Shown: positions 26,444-39,800 of the stretch, one piece after another
Numbering within the stretch: the stretch's first letter is position 1
How the letters are laid out: each line of letters opens with the position of its first letter
NCBI RefSeq assembly: GCF_006345805.1
Contig: NC_043013.1
Coordinates: forward strand, 2,790,001 to 2,854,000
DNA length: 64,000 nt
Direction of reading: 5' to 3'
Source of the DNA: Octopus sinensis
Taxonomy: Eukaryota
Position numbers and translations under genes: made by a program
The notes under the pieces: model-generated
The model's database searches: none
Told to the model about the DNA's origin: nothing
What the model saw: the letters and a program-made list of their open reading frames with translations, nothing else

Positions 26444-26705
26444 TATAGCTTTGTTAAGCTATACGCAAAGAAACCAGTGGAGACGAGAAAACATTTATCA
26501 AAGGTTTATTACTTTACGTAGATCAGGGCTTAAGTCGTCAGTTATTTCCGTTTAGTTCGCTCAGATTCGTTTCACACTCATTGTTGACATTCTTTTGTTT
26601 TCCTTCTGCAACCGAAAGTCCCTTTTGTTTTCCTGCTGACCATTCTTAGCTAGCCCGCAGCGAAGTTTCTGTCTACAGTTCGTCTGTCACGAATCCTGCC
26701 CTACA
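26444..26705 (-). mobile_element. Possible solo LTR
   Basis: 262-bp insert absent from the opposite palindrome arm. Minus strand begins TGTAGGG, contains AATAAA and ends AAGCTATA (ACA-like). Confidence 0.45.
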
Positions 26706-27974
26706 CACACACACACACATTATTTATATTATTATATGATTGAACGCCACGCATCCATCTCCAAGTAAGTTTATCTTAATAATTCTTGTATTGTTCTCTT
26801 TCCCTCTCCCCTTTCGTTTCCTCTCTCTTCCTTTAATTATTTGTATTTCCCCTTCTCCTTTCGTTTTTTCTCTCTCTCATCCTTTCTCTGATTCTTTTCC
26901 TCTCCCCTTCACCGTTCTCTATGTGTCCCTCTCTCTTTCTCACTCTTCCTCCTTTACTCTCTCGTTGCTTACACGTGACCATCGGCCATCTTTCTTTTCC
27001 TAACTTGAGCTTCTTTCTTTCCTTTTGATCTGCCACACAGATCAGACGCATTCTTGTCTGTCTACTCTCCTGTCAAAGCTTGTTCCTCCAGTGTTCGCCA
27101 CCTCATCTCATTATGGCGTAGCAGCCCTTACTGTTTTTTTCAATGTCCTGCTTTTGTTAACAACTTTGATCCTCTGCAAATCTCAAATTTTATTTTGCTT
27201 TGCGGTAGCAACTGTTTTCTCGAAGACAAATCTCGAAGACAAAACAACTAATATGGTATATCTCTACGAGAGGTGTGATATAAGCCGATGTCTAATGACT
27301 GATCATTTATTAGAGTGATCCTAATTGATGAGTGATCTTTTATTGCAAAACACCCCTGAGAAGAAGAGTCCGTAAACAGTCTTCGAAATCTGTCCTTCAA
27401 AAATGGAATGGACATTACTATCATTTCCCTAAAAAATAGGGGTTTTTGTGTGTGTTGTATAATACTAAAATGAAATAGTCGAGACTGAAAACGTGGACAC
27501 TGTCAGACAAAATAATTTAAACTGTTTAGTTTCGGCTTTATGTGCACTGAGTTCAAATTCTACCGATCTACATTTACCTTTCATCTCTTCAAGGACAAAA
27601 ACATGACAGCGACTCTGCCTTTCCTCAATAAATTTGTCATTACGCACAGTTATCGTTATGACAAAGCAATAGATAAGCCGTATATTCTTGGCAAAACTCG
27701 AGAACAATGGCATCCGAACTTCTCAATGAATCTCAGGGTGTTTTTTTTTTAAATATTTATATAAGAAATCATTATTAACTAAGCTCATTCGTTGTAGTTT
27801 GTTTTGTTTAATCAAATTCCGAAGCTATTATGCTCGTGCGTTTGTGTATGTATTATAGATATGTGTGTGTGGGTGTGTGTATGTGTGTGTGTATGTATAT
27901 GTATGTATGTATATGTGTGTATGCTTGCAAACACATGCATATATACAAATCTATATGCATATATATATATATAT

Positions 27975-28038
<64 letters not shown>

Positions 28039-28084
28039 TGTATATATATATATATAATATATTATATATATATATACATACATA

Positions 28085-28125
<41 letters not shown>

Positions 28126-28589
28126 ATATATATATATATTATATATATATATATATATACATCATACATATATATATATACATACACGCACATATATATA
28201 TATATATTGATTGATGGATGAAAACATAATTATACGTGCGTGTACATGTATATATATCTACATTTATGGATGGGGTATAATTATATTATGTACATATATT
28301 TAAAAATCATGCATGTCTATCACATCTTCCCCTAATTTTTTTTCTTTCTTTTGTGTTTTTTTTTGTTACAGTGCATGCGCATAAGCCGACCGTCATTTCC
28401 GCTTTTGGGCATCTTTCCTTGGCGCCATTTTATTGTTATTCAAAAAACACATTTCAGCTAACCTCGCTTGGTAAATTTAATTTCCGTTTCATATATCAGA
28501 AAATTGCAATTCAGTTCCCTTCTTTCATTAATATTTCTCTCCTTCAAGCTTGCTTCTTCAAGCGTTCTTTTGTTAGCTTTCTCGGTGTC

Positions 28590-28627
<38 letters not shown>

Positions 28628-28689
28628 AGCACGCACTCAAAAGAAAACAAATAAACAAAAATACAAATAATGCCATACAAACAACGTTT

Positions 28690-29255
28690 CTTTTCCTTTA
28701 CTTGTTTCATTCACAGGACTGAGACCATGCTGGAGCACCGTCTTGTTTAGTTTAGTTCAACAAATCAACGTCAGTATTTACTTTTAATGTCTGCTTCTTA
28801 TTCTATCGATCTCTTATGCCGAACCGCAAATTTACGCTGACATACAAAAGCAACATCGGTAATCAAGCGATGGAGAGGGGACAAACGCAATGACGCACGC
28901 ACACACACACACACACACACGCACACACACACGCACGCACGCACACACATGACGGGCTTTCACAGTTTCCATTTACCAATTTTACACACAAGAAATTAAT
29001 CAACCTGGTGCTGTGGTTGAAGGCTACTTACCCATGGAGCCGCGTAGTGGGATTTGAACGTGAAGCCACGTGGTTTCAAAGTGAGCTTCTTAACCACACT
29101 GCCAGGGCCGGCCCTAGGATGCTGGCGCCCCGGGCAAGCTGAACTTCGGTGTGTGCAAGTTGACGGTCGTGGAAATTTCCTTGTCTTTCACACCTTCCTT
29201 GGCGCCCCCTAAGCACGAGTTGCCGGTACCTTGAGCCAGCCCTGCACACAGCTAT
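28690..29255 (-). mobile_element. SINE family 1, diverged, with a MITE in its head
   Basis: TTACTTGTTTC...CCATGCTGGAGCACCG...GCTTCTTAACCACAC. Confidence 0.8.
29103..29244. mobile_element. 142-bp hAT-type MITE with 8-bp TSD
   Basis: TIRs CAGGGCCGGC / GCCAGCCCTG; TSD CACACTGC / CACACAGC; subterminal GGCGCCCC. Confidence 0.82.
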
Positions 29256-29282
29256 GTATATATGTGTATATATATATGTATA

Positions 29283-30561
29283 TTCGGTTGACAAGGAAGT
29301 AATTTCGTTTTTCGTAAATAGATAGAGTCATGATTTTTTTTTATGACTTTTGTCAACGTAATGTCTTTTCCAGTTTGACATTTGATAGCCGCTACTCTTA
29401 GCTTACTTTAGAAGCAAATTGCGCGTAATTTTCTTTACAGCTATTAGTTCAAAGTCAATTTTTAACATGGAATGCAAAAACGAACATTTTCGCCATATTT
29501 TGCTTTTTTTTTTTTATTTCCGTAAAGGCAAGAAAGCTGTTGAGGTTCACAGAGAGATATGTAAAATTTATGGTGTTCATTGCTTAAAAGAATGCACATG
29601 TAAGAAATGGTTTTAAAAATTCCATTCTGGAGATTTTTCACTCAAAGATGACCAACGTTCTGGTTGATCTACTGAAGTTGATGATGACTGAGTCAAAGCC
29701 ATAATTGAATCTGATTGTCATATAACTGTGCGAGAGATTTTAGAGAGGTTAAATGTATCACATGCAACAACTGAAAATCCCTTAGAATGTCTTGGACTCG
29801 TTAAGAAGCTCGATATTTAGGTTCTACATAAATTGAAAGAGTTTCACTTAACACAACGATTCAATATTTGTGATATGCATCTCAAACGCAATGAAATCGA
29901 CCTTTTTTTTAAACGAATCATCACCGGTGATGAAAAATGGATTGTCTACAATTATATCAATCGAAAACGAACATGGTCCAAGCGTAATGAACCGGCACAA
30001 ACCACGAGGAAAGCTGAATTATATAAAAAAATGGTCATGCTGTCAATTTGGTGGGATTACAAACGTATTGTGTATTTTGAGCTGCTTCCAAGGAACCAAA
30101 CGATCAATACAGATGTTTACTGTTAACAACTAATGAAACTGGAGGAAGCAATCACAGAAAAACGGACAGAATTGGCAAATCGTAAAGGAACCATGTTCCA
30201 CCATGATAGCGTTTGACCACATACGTCTTTGTTAACTCGTGAATACTTATTGGTGTTTGGTTGGGAAGTGGTGTCACATCCACCACACAACCCTGACCAT
30301 TTATTTTGAAGTTTGCAAAATTCTTTGAATGGTGAAACTTTCAATAATGATGATGACCTGAAATCGCACTTGCTTCAGTTTTTGGCTGATAAGGATCAGA
30401 GAAGTATTATGAGCGCAGAAACATGAAGATGCAAGAAACATGGCAGAAGGTCATCGAACAAAATGGAAAATATATAACTGATTGAACTGCATTCTTTGTA
30501 TTAAAAAAAATTACTTTTATTTCACACTAAAAAAATCGAAATTACTTTCTTACCATCCCAG
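29283..30561 (+). mobile_element. mariner transposon (second family), decayed full length
   Basis: TIRs TTCGGTTGACAAGGAAGTAATTTCG / CGAAATTACTTTCTTACCATCCCA. Transposase remnant 29467-30485: MECKNEHFRHILL, IITGDEKW, MLSIWWDYK, FHHD, HPPHNPD. Confidence 0.92.
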
Positions 30562-30633
30562 TGGTATGGTGACGCGCTGCATGAGTTGTCTGTACAAGCG
30601 TGTGCTTGTGGTGTGTTTGTGTGCGTGTTTGTG

Positions 30634-30665
<32 letters not shown>

Positions 30666-31053
30666 AGTGCACGCTTATGCAGACAGCTACGCTCATGCAG
30701 TGACTCAACAAGAGACACGCGATGTCGGTCAATCTGCTAGAAAAGAGTAACCGCATCTCCTTCAAACCACACCCTACTCTATTCTGTATATTCATATCTC
30801 TGAACCAATTAAGGGAGATCTTTACACGATATCTGCAAGTGCTAGAAGCAGCAACCAAATCTCACTCAAATCGGAAACTACTGTCGCAGGAAAGAACACT
30901 TTGGTAGTTTGGATGTAGGCTCTCAGTGCATAGGGAAAATACGGGACGAGCATGGCCGGAATACATTTCAAACATTTGCTCCATGTGTTTGCAGGTTAAA
31001 CTACCAGAATAAATAGCAACACATACACAACACGCATGCACATACATGCCTGC

Positions 31054-31084
<31 letters not shown>

Positions 31085-31169
31085 CATACATACATACATA
31101 CATACATAATATATACATATACATATACACAGTATGCTGAACTGTTGAACTGGACGGACGTCTATTTGT

Positions 31170-32263
31170 TTCTCTCTTCCCAAGTCAGTAGCCAAAGTCA
31201 GTAGTGGCGTTCCGCAAGGCACTGTGCTGGGCCCACTTCTTTTCATCATCTACATTAATGACATCAATGACATCATCAAGCACAGCAACATAAAAATCTT
31301 TGCAGATGATTCCAGCTACAGAAGGTCATAAATGAGGCGATTGACCGGACATGCCTTCAGTCAGATCTACTGGCTGTTATCCAATGGGCAGAAAAAACAA
31401 TATGCTGCTGAACGAGGATAATTTGAGTTAATCCACTTTGGAAAAGAGGATGCCCTGAAACTTCCATACTCCCTTCCTTCAGGTGAAACTCTCGCGGGCG
31501 GCTCCAACATCATCGACTTGGGAGTAATTGTGGACAACAACATAAGCTGGGCCACTCATATAAACACCAAAGTTGACATGGCCCGCAGAATGTGTTCCTG
31601 GATTCTCAGAACTTTCCAGTCGAGAGATATCCACACCATTATCCTTCTCTTCTCCACTTTTGCCCGACCCCACCTTGAATACTGTTGTCCACTGTGGTCT
31701 CCCCCACACAATACAAAGTATCATAAAAGTTGAAGCACCTCAAAGGGCAATCACAAGAAAGATAGATGGCATGACAGGCCTCGACTATTGGGGGGACTAG
31801 AAAAGCTAAAACTTTATTCTCTCCAACGTCGTCGTGAGCGCTACATCATCTGCATGATGTGGAAAATATTCCATCAGCATTGCCCAAATGATGTTGGCAT
31901 CACCTTTAAGGTACATCCAAGGCTTGGGCCCCGTGCCATCCGCCCAACACAAAATCGCACTCTCATCTCATAACAACAATACGGCACAATTATTTCACCT
32001 CAATTGGCCCCGCTCTCTTTAACATTACACCAAAACACATTAAAACAGAAACGACCCTATAGGGTTCAAGAAGTCTTTGGACAGATTCTTCAAGAAATCC
32101 CGGATAAACCCCCTACACCCGGATATGTCTCTGTAAACAATAACTCTCTACTGAGTGGGCCATAGTGCCCAAATTCTGATTTGAAAGACTTCACCAGGTG
32201 GTGCTATTAAGTTAGACATGGCCTGGGCCAATAATGGCCGAAACCTATCAAAGTATCAAAGTA
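31170..32263 (+). mobile_element. CR1-group LINE, 5'-truncated (RT domain, C-terminus, 3' UTR)
   Basis: [70 protein letters not shown]; tail (TATCAAAG)2. Confidence 0.92.
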
Positions 32264-33654
32264 CACACATACATAGAATATATACATACATACACATACA
32301 TGTATACATACACATACATACATACATACACGTACATACAAACATACATACATATATACATACGTACACGTACATACAAACATACATACATATATACATA
32401 CGTACACGTACATACAACATACATACATACATACACAAATACATACATACATACACCATACACACATATACATGCATATATATATACATACACATACATA
32501 CATATATACATACATACATACATGTATACATACATACACACATACCTACCTACCTACATACATATATACATGCATACATACACACACATACCTACCGACA
32601 TACATACATATATATATATATACCTACATGCATACACACATACATACATACATACATGCATACATATATACATACATACATACACACATACATACATACA
32701 TACATACATACATACATACATACATACATACATACATACATACATACATACATACATACATGTATACATACACACCAAGGGCGAATCGTTGCAAGCAAAT
32801 CAAAAAGTCAAAACTACGTATGTATCTTCTCTCGAATTCTCATAAAAATGACAGATTTTTTCTTATTAAAATCTGATTTGTTATTAACAATTTATTTATA
32901 TATCTTATGCAAGTAGTATATGCATCGCATTCATGTATGACACGCTGCAAATGTATATGTACATATATGTGTGTATGGTACTGTGTCCATGTATGTATGT
33001 GGGGTGTACGGGTAAATATGTTCACGTATACATACACACCTTGGAGCAGGTGTGACAGTATGATTAAGAAGTTTACTTCGAACCGTGTGCATATCCTACC
33101 AAAATAATAAAGGCAGCCGAGGCGATGTAACCATAGAAATTAATTATATTGAAGAGAGGAGGAGGATATAGAGAGGAGGAAGTATAGGAATGACTGAGTC
33201 GCAGGTGTGCGGCAAAAGTTTCGACACATTGCAATATAGATGGGAAGGGATTTTTGTAGTTTTTGCAAGCTTTTAGATAGCTACAAGGACCCTTCCACTA
33301 TGAAATTGTAATACCTGTATATCCGTCGTACAGTTGTGATCAAGAATAACAGTGACGTTTTTGCAACTTTAATTTAAAAAAAAAAGCATATTACTCTCTC
33401 TTCGGTATTCGAGTACTATTACTTCCATTTTTTTTTGCATTTATATGCATACTCGTGCGTGCGCGCGCGTCTGTGTGTGTATGTGTGTATGTGTGTGTGT
33501 CCATGGTATCTGGCGGTCTTGAAACACCATAGATCTGCACCTGTGTCAACCGCTGATGGTGGTGTATCATCTGCTGTCGCTGTACAGGCCCAAAGTTTCT
33601 CTTCCCCTTGTTCCAAACCCTTGCATAATAAATATACATACATACATATATATA

Positions 33655-33692
<38 letters not shown>

Positions 33693-33697
<5 letters not shown>

Positions 33698-34140
33698 ATA
33701 AAACTTACTTAGAAGTGGATGCGTGGCGTTCTATCATATAATCACAAAATAATAAATAAAACATATGCATATATACATACATATATGTATGTACCTACAT
33801 CTATATGCATATATACATGCATATATGGGTACAGGACACCAAAAAAAAAACGTCGAACACAATGAGAAACGAAAACATAAAAACAAAACCAAGGAAATAG
33901 ACATTTTTCTTAAACAACGAAAAAATAGAGTACAAGACATACAACACAAGGAACACTCCCCTTCTTCAATCGCCTCTGTTTCATCTACTCCGCGTTCCGA
34001 AGGTAAAGGCGAGACACGACTTCGTTGAAACAGTCCTTCCCGCAAATCAAATTAAATAAAATTTGAGATTTTTTGCGGAGAGGTAAAGGTGGTAATAAAA
34101 ACAGGACAGTAAAAACAATACAAATAAAAACAGTAGTCAA
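33693..34140. mobile_element. Penelope-like repeat related to the 24402-26780 arms
   Basis: Shared AAGAT.AAACTTACTT.GA..TGGATGCGTGGCGTTC and GGGTACAGGAC. Confidence 0.6.
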
Positions 34141-34179
34141 TAGACTAGAGATGGTGGAGGGAGAAACACAAACACACAC

Positions 34180-34227
<48 letters not shown>

Positions 34228-34243
34228 TTCAGAAAGGGTATAT

Positions 34244-34397
34244 ACGACGGGCTTCTTTCAGTTTCCGACTACCAAATCCACTCACAAGGTATTGGTTGGC
34301 CCGAGGCTACGGTAGAAGACACTTGCCCAAAACTGCTACGCAGTGGGACTGAACTTGAAACCATATGGTTGGGAAGCAAGCTTCTTACCACACAGCA
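34244..34397 (-). mobile_element. SINE family 1, 5' half
   Basis: GGGCTTCTTTCAGTTTCCG...CTTACCACACAGC. Confidence 0.87.
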
Positions 34398-34464
34398 ATA
34401 TATATATATATGTGTATGTGTGTGTGTATATATATATATTCGTGTGTGTGTGTGTGTGTGTGTG

Positions 34465-34605
34465 TCTGTGTGTCCCTTTCTGTTAAAGAGCCTAAGCTCG
34501 AAACGTAAAAGACTCTCTCGCCTTCCCGAGCGTTAAACTAATACACTTGTTTGTTGTTTATACACCAGTCTTCGTCTTTTGTTTTGCTGTAAATTTCAAC
34601 TATAT
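34465..34605 (+). mobile_element. Penelope-like family A repeat with hammerhead-like motif (34476-34511)
   Basis: CTTT-CTGTTAA-A-GAGC ctaa GCTC-GAAA-CG-TA-AAAG. Confidence 0.68.
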
Positions 34606-34610
34606 ATATA

Positions 34611-34794
34611 CTAGCAGAGGCACTCCGGCGTTGCCCGGGAATGAAGTTGTTCCTTATATATTGGAAGAAAAGCGAAATATGTTGTAAATTCAATTTAGTC
34701 TTCAATTGCGAAATCAATTCTGAATTAATAATACAAAAGAAAAAAAAGTAATAATAATAATAATATAATAATAATAACAATAAAAATAATAATA

Positions 34795-34826
<32 letters not shown>

Positions 34827-35019
34827 GAAAATTCTAACTGGGCCCCACCTGCAAGGTCATGTGCTGTTTATCTTGATATGAGATCACCATGTCGCGCACA
34901 TATGGTTGTGATGCATGTGCCTGGTGTACCCTTATCAGACGGGTAGTCATGATGGGTATATTGGGCTTCGTATATTTTACCCCAGTGTCACTTTGATGGC
35001 ATGCACTGCTCTCTCACTC

Positions 35020-35052
<33 letters not shown>

Positions 35053-36720
35053 CGAAAATACAAAATTTACCACATTTATGAAGAGAGATAAATTCTATCA
35101 CATATGTGGAAGGGAATTATGTAAGAGCTTCTGGTTAAACAACATTCTTTGTTTTCTGGTTTGGAGTGTAGACAAATAAGTCTTGCACATTACTAACCCT
35201 GGAGCAACCAACATAAAGTTGACCATGAGAATAGCAAGGCTCAATTAAGTGCAAGCCAGCAGATTTCAAATCTGACCTTGAGTTTTATTATCAGATATTG
35301 CGAAGCAAAGTCGCACTGGGAATTGTGTTCGTTTGAACTCAAATCTGTTGGTTTGATTGCAATTCGTGGAATGAAAACCTGTACCCCAGAGGCACATCCA
35401 GTGATGATGGTAACTTCTATCACATTAGGTGATAATGTCTTCACAATCAATCTTGTCCCATTGCATAATTTAGGAGAATCTAAATTTCTTAGAAGCATTA
35501 AGACTCCTACTTTCAGAAGAAGTTTATGCGGAGGAATTCCAGGTGGCTCAAGAGAATTAAGGAACTCTGTTGGGTAATGGGAAAAGATTGAATCAACTGA
35601 CTTGTACTCCTTAATAACTGTTGGAATCTTATGCCACTGACTCCTTTCTTGGAGCAAGATTTGCCGTTTCACGCAACCATTTACGTGAATTATAATTATG
35701 ACTTAAGTCTAGAAATACCCTGTTCTTCAATTCAGCTGGGGAATTCACTATGATAGCAATATGAACCAAACTGATATTACCATTCCCACCAAATGAACCT
35801 TTTCCATTTCATAATTGGAGGAGCCAGGTTGAAAACTGTTCTGCACATTGGTCACCATGTAATGAAGTTCATATGTTAGTATTGGAGGAGAATTTCTGTA
35901 CTTTATTCCATACGTGTTAAGACTTAATGAATGCTTTTATTTCATCAGATCTTATTTCTTCTCGGAATGACTGACAATGTCTGTCTGAAGTCTCCGGATA
36001 AAACTGATGTAGCTCCTCCTATAGATTTATTGTTGCCTCTTATGTCCTTCTCTTATAGTATTCCTACCAAAGATGGTCATTTGGAAAGCAGAATTATAAT
36101 TTCGAATGTTTTTCAAGAAGTGCATGCTGCTTGATGCATTTCCCAAAAGCAATGCCTTCAAAGTATCCGTAGGTGTACCAAACGTCGGTGAAACAACGGC
36201 AACACATAGTGGTGTTTGTCTTTCCTATTCCTTTCCTTTAAAAAAACTGCACTCTTTTGACATTGTTCCAACGTCAATCAATTTCACTGTAGAATTATCA
36301 TGTTTTAAATGGCAATTGAAAGCTGATCTTTTCCAAGTGTCCTTAAAAGGTGCAACTCTTTTGTCAAACGTATTCAGCCTATCTTGAACAAGACGCTTAC
36401 GTCTCTCCTCTGAGGATTGGTGAAGACCTGCAGCAACTGTTTGCTCCATGTTTTTTGTTTTTTGTTTTTTTGTCTCATCTCTCGTAGGCAGCACTGGCAG
36501 CTTGCCTTTATCTTGCATCCTTCAAACGTTTTTTCTCTTTCCTTTTTGACACTTAACTCCTGCGGGTTGCATTTTGTTGACGTAATTGTTCTAACTCTTT
36601 TTCCCTTTCTTCTTGTGACTCATTAGTTCTGCGTGCAGCAGATCTTCTTCGGTCGTTTTCATGTGTTTGCTGTCGTGGTGCAGGGGTCCCTCGTGACCTT
36701 ACTCTGGCTACCGGTACTGA
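34611..36720 (-). mobile_element. Internally deleted Helitron (Rep N-terminus fused to PIF1 helicase C-terminus)
   Basis: 3' end CCGGGCAACGCCGG hairpin plus CTAG|T. Helicase motifs [55 protein letters not shown]. Rep-N motif NIRNYNSAFQMT.FG. Confidence 0.9.
34833..35020 (+). mobile_element. Retroelement 3' fragment embedded in (AAT)n
   Basis: About 190 bp of non-Helitron sequence with (AAT)n arrays on both sides. Confidence 0.5.
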
Positions 36721-36877
36721 TCATCGCATGGGCCCTGTCTCCTGTTGTAGAGAGTGAAAGCATTATTCTCGGAAACCTTTTTGAAAATGAAAATGGGGAT
36801 TAAATGAAAACATGAGTGAAAGTTATGTGAATATCTCCACAAGAGTGATAGAAATAAATGGCGATTGTGGAACGCCG

Positions 36878-36920
<43 letters not shown>

Positions 36921-37495
36921 TCTCAAGCAATGAAGTTTTAAAAGAAAGAAGTTGTTTGTTTCTCAAATTTGAGGGTGATAATATAAGTTCTATACTTTTT
37001 TCTGAATATAGTTCTATAAGGGGACTTTGATATATGTCACCGGTATCATTGAGGTAAGGAAAAAAATTATGAACGGCACCGCTAATGTGTAATTAGTTTA
37101 ATTACGTCACCTGTATTAATTAATGCAATTGTATCATGCAAGCAAAGTCCCGTCATATCTGAGACGAGAAACAGAATTGTAGTAGTTTACATTGACAGGA
37201 GTTTCTGCTTTTAACTCATCTCAAAGAATCATTCAACTACGGTCGTAGTTAAACAATATTCTTATGGCAGCAATTTATTCACACGTAGCATCTTTCAGAG
37301 CTTTGTCGCTAATTCAGTTCTTAGCCAAATTGAAAACTGTTAATATCTTTGAAGAGGACTGGTCCCCGTAAGTAATGCCTCCAATCAATTTATCTTAGCT
37401 TAAATGATAGAATAAAACATAAGGTAAAATCTTAAATTATTAATTGACACATTATTAATTAGCATAATAGCATGGCCTGGAAAAAACATAGATTA

Positions 37496-38341
37496 TATGG
37501 AAACATGCAAGCAAGAGAAATACTATTCTTAAGATTATAAACCTGGAAAAGTACAGGACAAGTTATTACACTCGGAAAAGTTCAGGAAAAGTTCTTACGT
37601 CTGGTAAAGTACAGAACAAGAACGTTTTTACTTAAAATATTGCAGCTAAGGATAAAATATGAATATTAAAAGGTATTTTATTTTAATTTACAAAGTAACA
37701 TTATAATTAAAAAAGGTAGCATCATTTTGTTAAAATATTGACATACTGGAATACTTTTAAAATTATAGCCAGAAGTACCAAAATAGCTAAAGTTTTAGGC
37801 AAAGTGGAATATGGTAGGCAAATTCATTATGTAAAAAATAGGCATTGGGTCAAGACTAAAAATGTAAAGATTTGGCAATAACTTAGGAAATAACCCAAGC
37901 AAATTTTACTGTGAATTTATTGTTATAGGTAGATATTACTGTAAATATAACTAATTTTGGTATTATTCTATTGATTGTACTAACTAATTATGTACTACTA
38001 TAATTTTTTATAACTTATTTTCAAATTTTTAATTATTAATTAATAATTAAAAATATGAATTTTTTTAAAGTGCAAAAAATATTTTGAGTTATTTTAAATT
38101 TTTAATAGAAGTAACAAGTAATAACAAATATAAGTAATAACTTGTAATAAAATTTTCAATTTTAATAAACGCTAATATTTTTTTCTAAGTCTAAATATTT
38201 TATTTGAAATTTTATCCTCAGCTGCAATATCCTAAGTAAAATGTTCTTGTTCTGTACTTTACCAGGTGTAATATGTTTTCCTGAACTTTTCAAGATTTAT
38301 AATCTTTAGAATATTTTTTTCTCTTGCTCGCATTTTTCCAT

Positions 38342-38342
<1 letters not shown>
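37496..38342. mobile_element. Foldback-type DNA element with long, internally repetitive TIRs
   Basis: 37496-37658 is the diverged reverse complement of 38209-38342. Arms contain roughly 29-bp subrepeats (GG.AAAGT.CAG.A.AAG); the core is very AT-rich. Confidence 0.78.
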
Positions 38343-38394
<52 letters not shown>

Positions 38395-38397
<3 letters not shown>

Positions 38398-38593
38398 ATG
38401 TCGCCATGATAGATCGTTAGCCACTACACACATTGATTTTCTCCCCTTGTTTTTTCTGTGTCCCTTTCTGTAGAAGAGCGTAGGCTCGAAACGTAAAATA
38501 CTTTTTCTATTCCTGAGCGTTATACTAATACATCTATTTGTTTTGTACACCACCTGTCTTCGTCTTTTGTTTTTTTTCGTAAACTCTCCCTAT
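38395..38593 (+). mobile_element. Penelope-like family A repeat with hammerhead-like motif (38465-38498)
   Basis: TTT-CTGTAGA-A-GAGC gtag GCTC-GAAA-CG-TA-AAA. Confidence 0.72.
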
Positions 38594-39200
38594 ATGTGTG
38601 TGTATGTATGTATGTATGTATGTATGTATGTATGTTTGTATGTATGTATGTATGTATGTATGTATGTATGTATGTATGTATGTATGTGCGTATGTATGTA
38701 TGTATGTATGTATGTATGTATGTATGTATGTATGTATGTATGTATGTGTGTGTATGTATGTATGTATGTGTGTGTATGTATGTATGTATGTATGTATGTA
38801 TGTATGTATGTGTGTGTATGTATGTATGTATGTATGTATGATGTATGTATGTATGTATGTATGTATGTATGTATGTATGCGTGTACCTCTATGTATGTAT
38901 GTATGCATATATGTATGTATGTATGTTCAGTGTTGACTGTCGGAAATAATGTTCACTACCATGTATATTATTAATGGGTAGAGATTAATAATATATATTT
39001 TATTTTGATTTTGCGCACCCACATGTGAAACTCAGTGTGGTGAGGAGAGGACCATGTGGCTGTGTAGAAGCGTGTCTGTATTTTTATGGACTCACACACA
39101 CACACACTCACACTCGCGTGCGTTTATAAGTATGTACGTAAGTATGTATCTATGTATGCATGTATGTAGTGTGGGTATATGTGGTGTGCTATGTATGTTG

Positions 39201-39248
<48 letters not shown>

Positions 39249-39719
39249 TAATGAAAAAGAGAAAGGGAAAGAAAGAATGGATGCACAAAGCAATACCCAA
39301 GTGTGTTTTGATTTTGTTGTTCTTTTCAAACAATAAACGGCGGAACACGGCATTATATATATAAATATATATATGTTTGTTAATGCAATTCAAGCCAAAA
39401 TGTTACGAATAAAGTCTCTAATAAAAGTGAGAGAGGTTACTAAGCAACGTAGAGAGGGATGTTAGCGAAACAAAATATGAAGTCGTACTTTGTTCCGAAC
39501 AAAATTCGGCAGCTTCACATTAAAATGTCACCAAGTGCGTAAAACAAAACAAAGCCAAAATAAATATACAGATAAATAAAAATGACAACAAAAACAAAAA
39601 TTGAGTAAAAATCTGCTGACATTCTCTATGTCGACAAATTGCAGTATTATGGCAGCTAATTGATGTAGTGATGCTACTTATTTGAAGATAAAACATTCGA
39701 GGAAGGTTCTAAATTGGTT

Positions 39720-39800
39720 GTTTCGATCTGCTGGAAATAGCAGCTAAATCTCCCTCAATCTACGCCTTACCGATTTGAAAAGGGGTTGATACAAACAAGA
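39720..39800 (+). repeat. Ancient dispersed repeat core TGCTAGAAATAGCAGC(C/T)AAATCTCCCTCAA (representative copy)
   Basis: Related copies near 30730, 30840, 43330(-), 45195, 45755(-), 47225, 47450, 57855(-) and 58300(-). Confidence 0.65.

Larger units (their letters stand above)
24402..26780. mobile_element. Inverted (palindromic) Penelope-like repeat, each arm interrupted by insertions
   Basis: 24402-24462 is the reverse complement of about 26718-26778. 26245-26332 is the reverse complement of about 26352-26440. An uninterrupted relative lies at 33693-34140. Confidence 0.7.

Noticed and set aside
33203-33235. Tc1-like TIR CAGGTGTGCGGCAAAAGTTT
   Set aside because: No partner TIR or transposase found nearby.
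37400-38340. Very AT-rich stretch as a mitochondrial insertion (NUMT)
   Set aside because: No recognisable mitochondrial gene; it is better explained by the long terminal inverted repeats.
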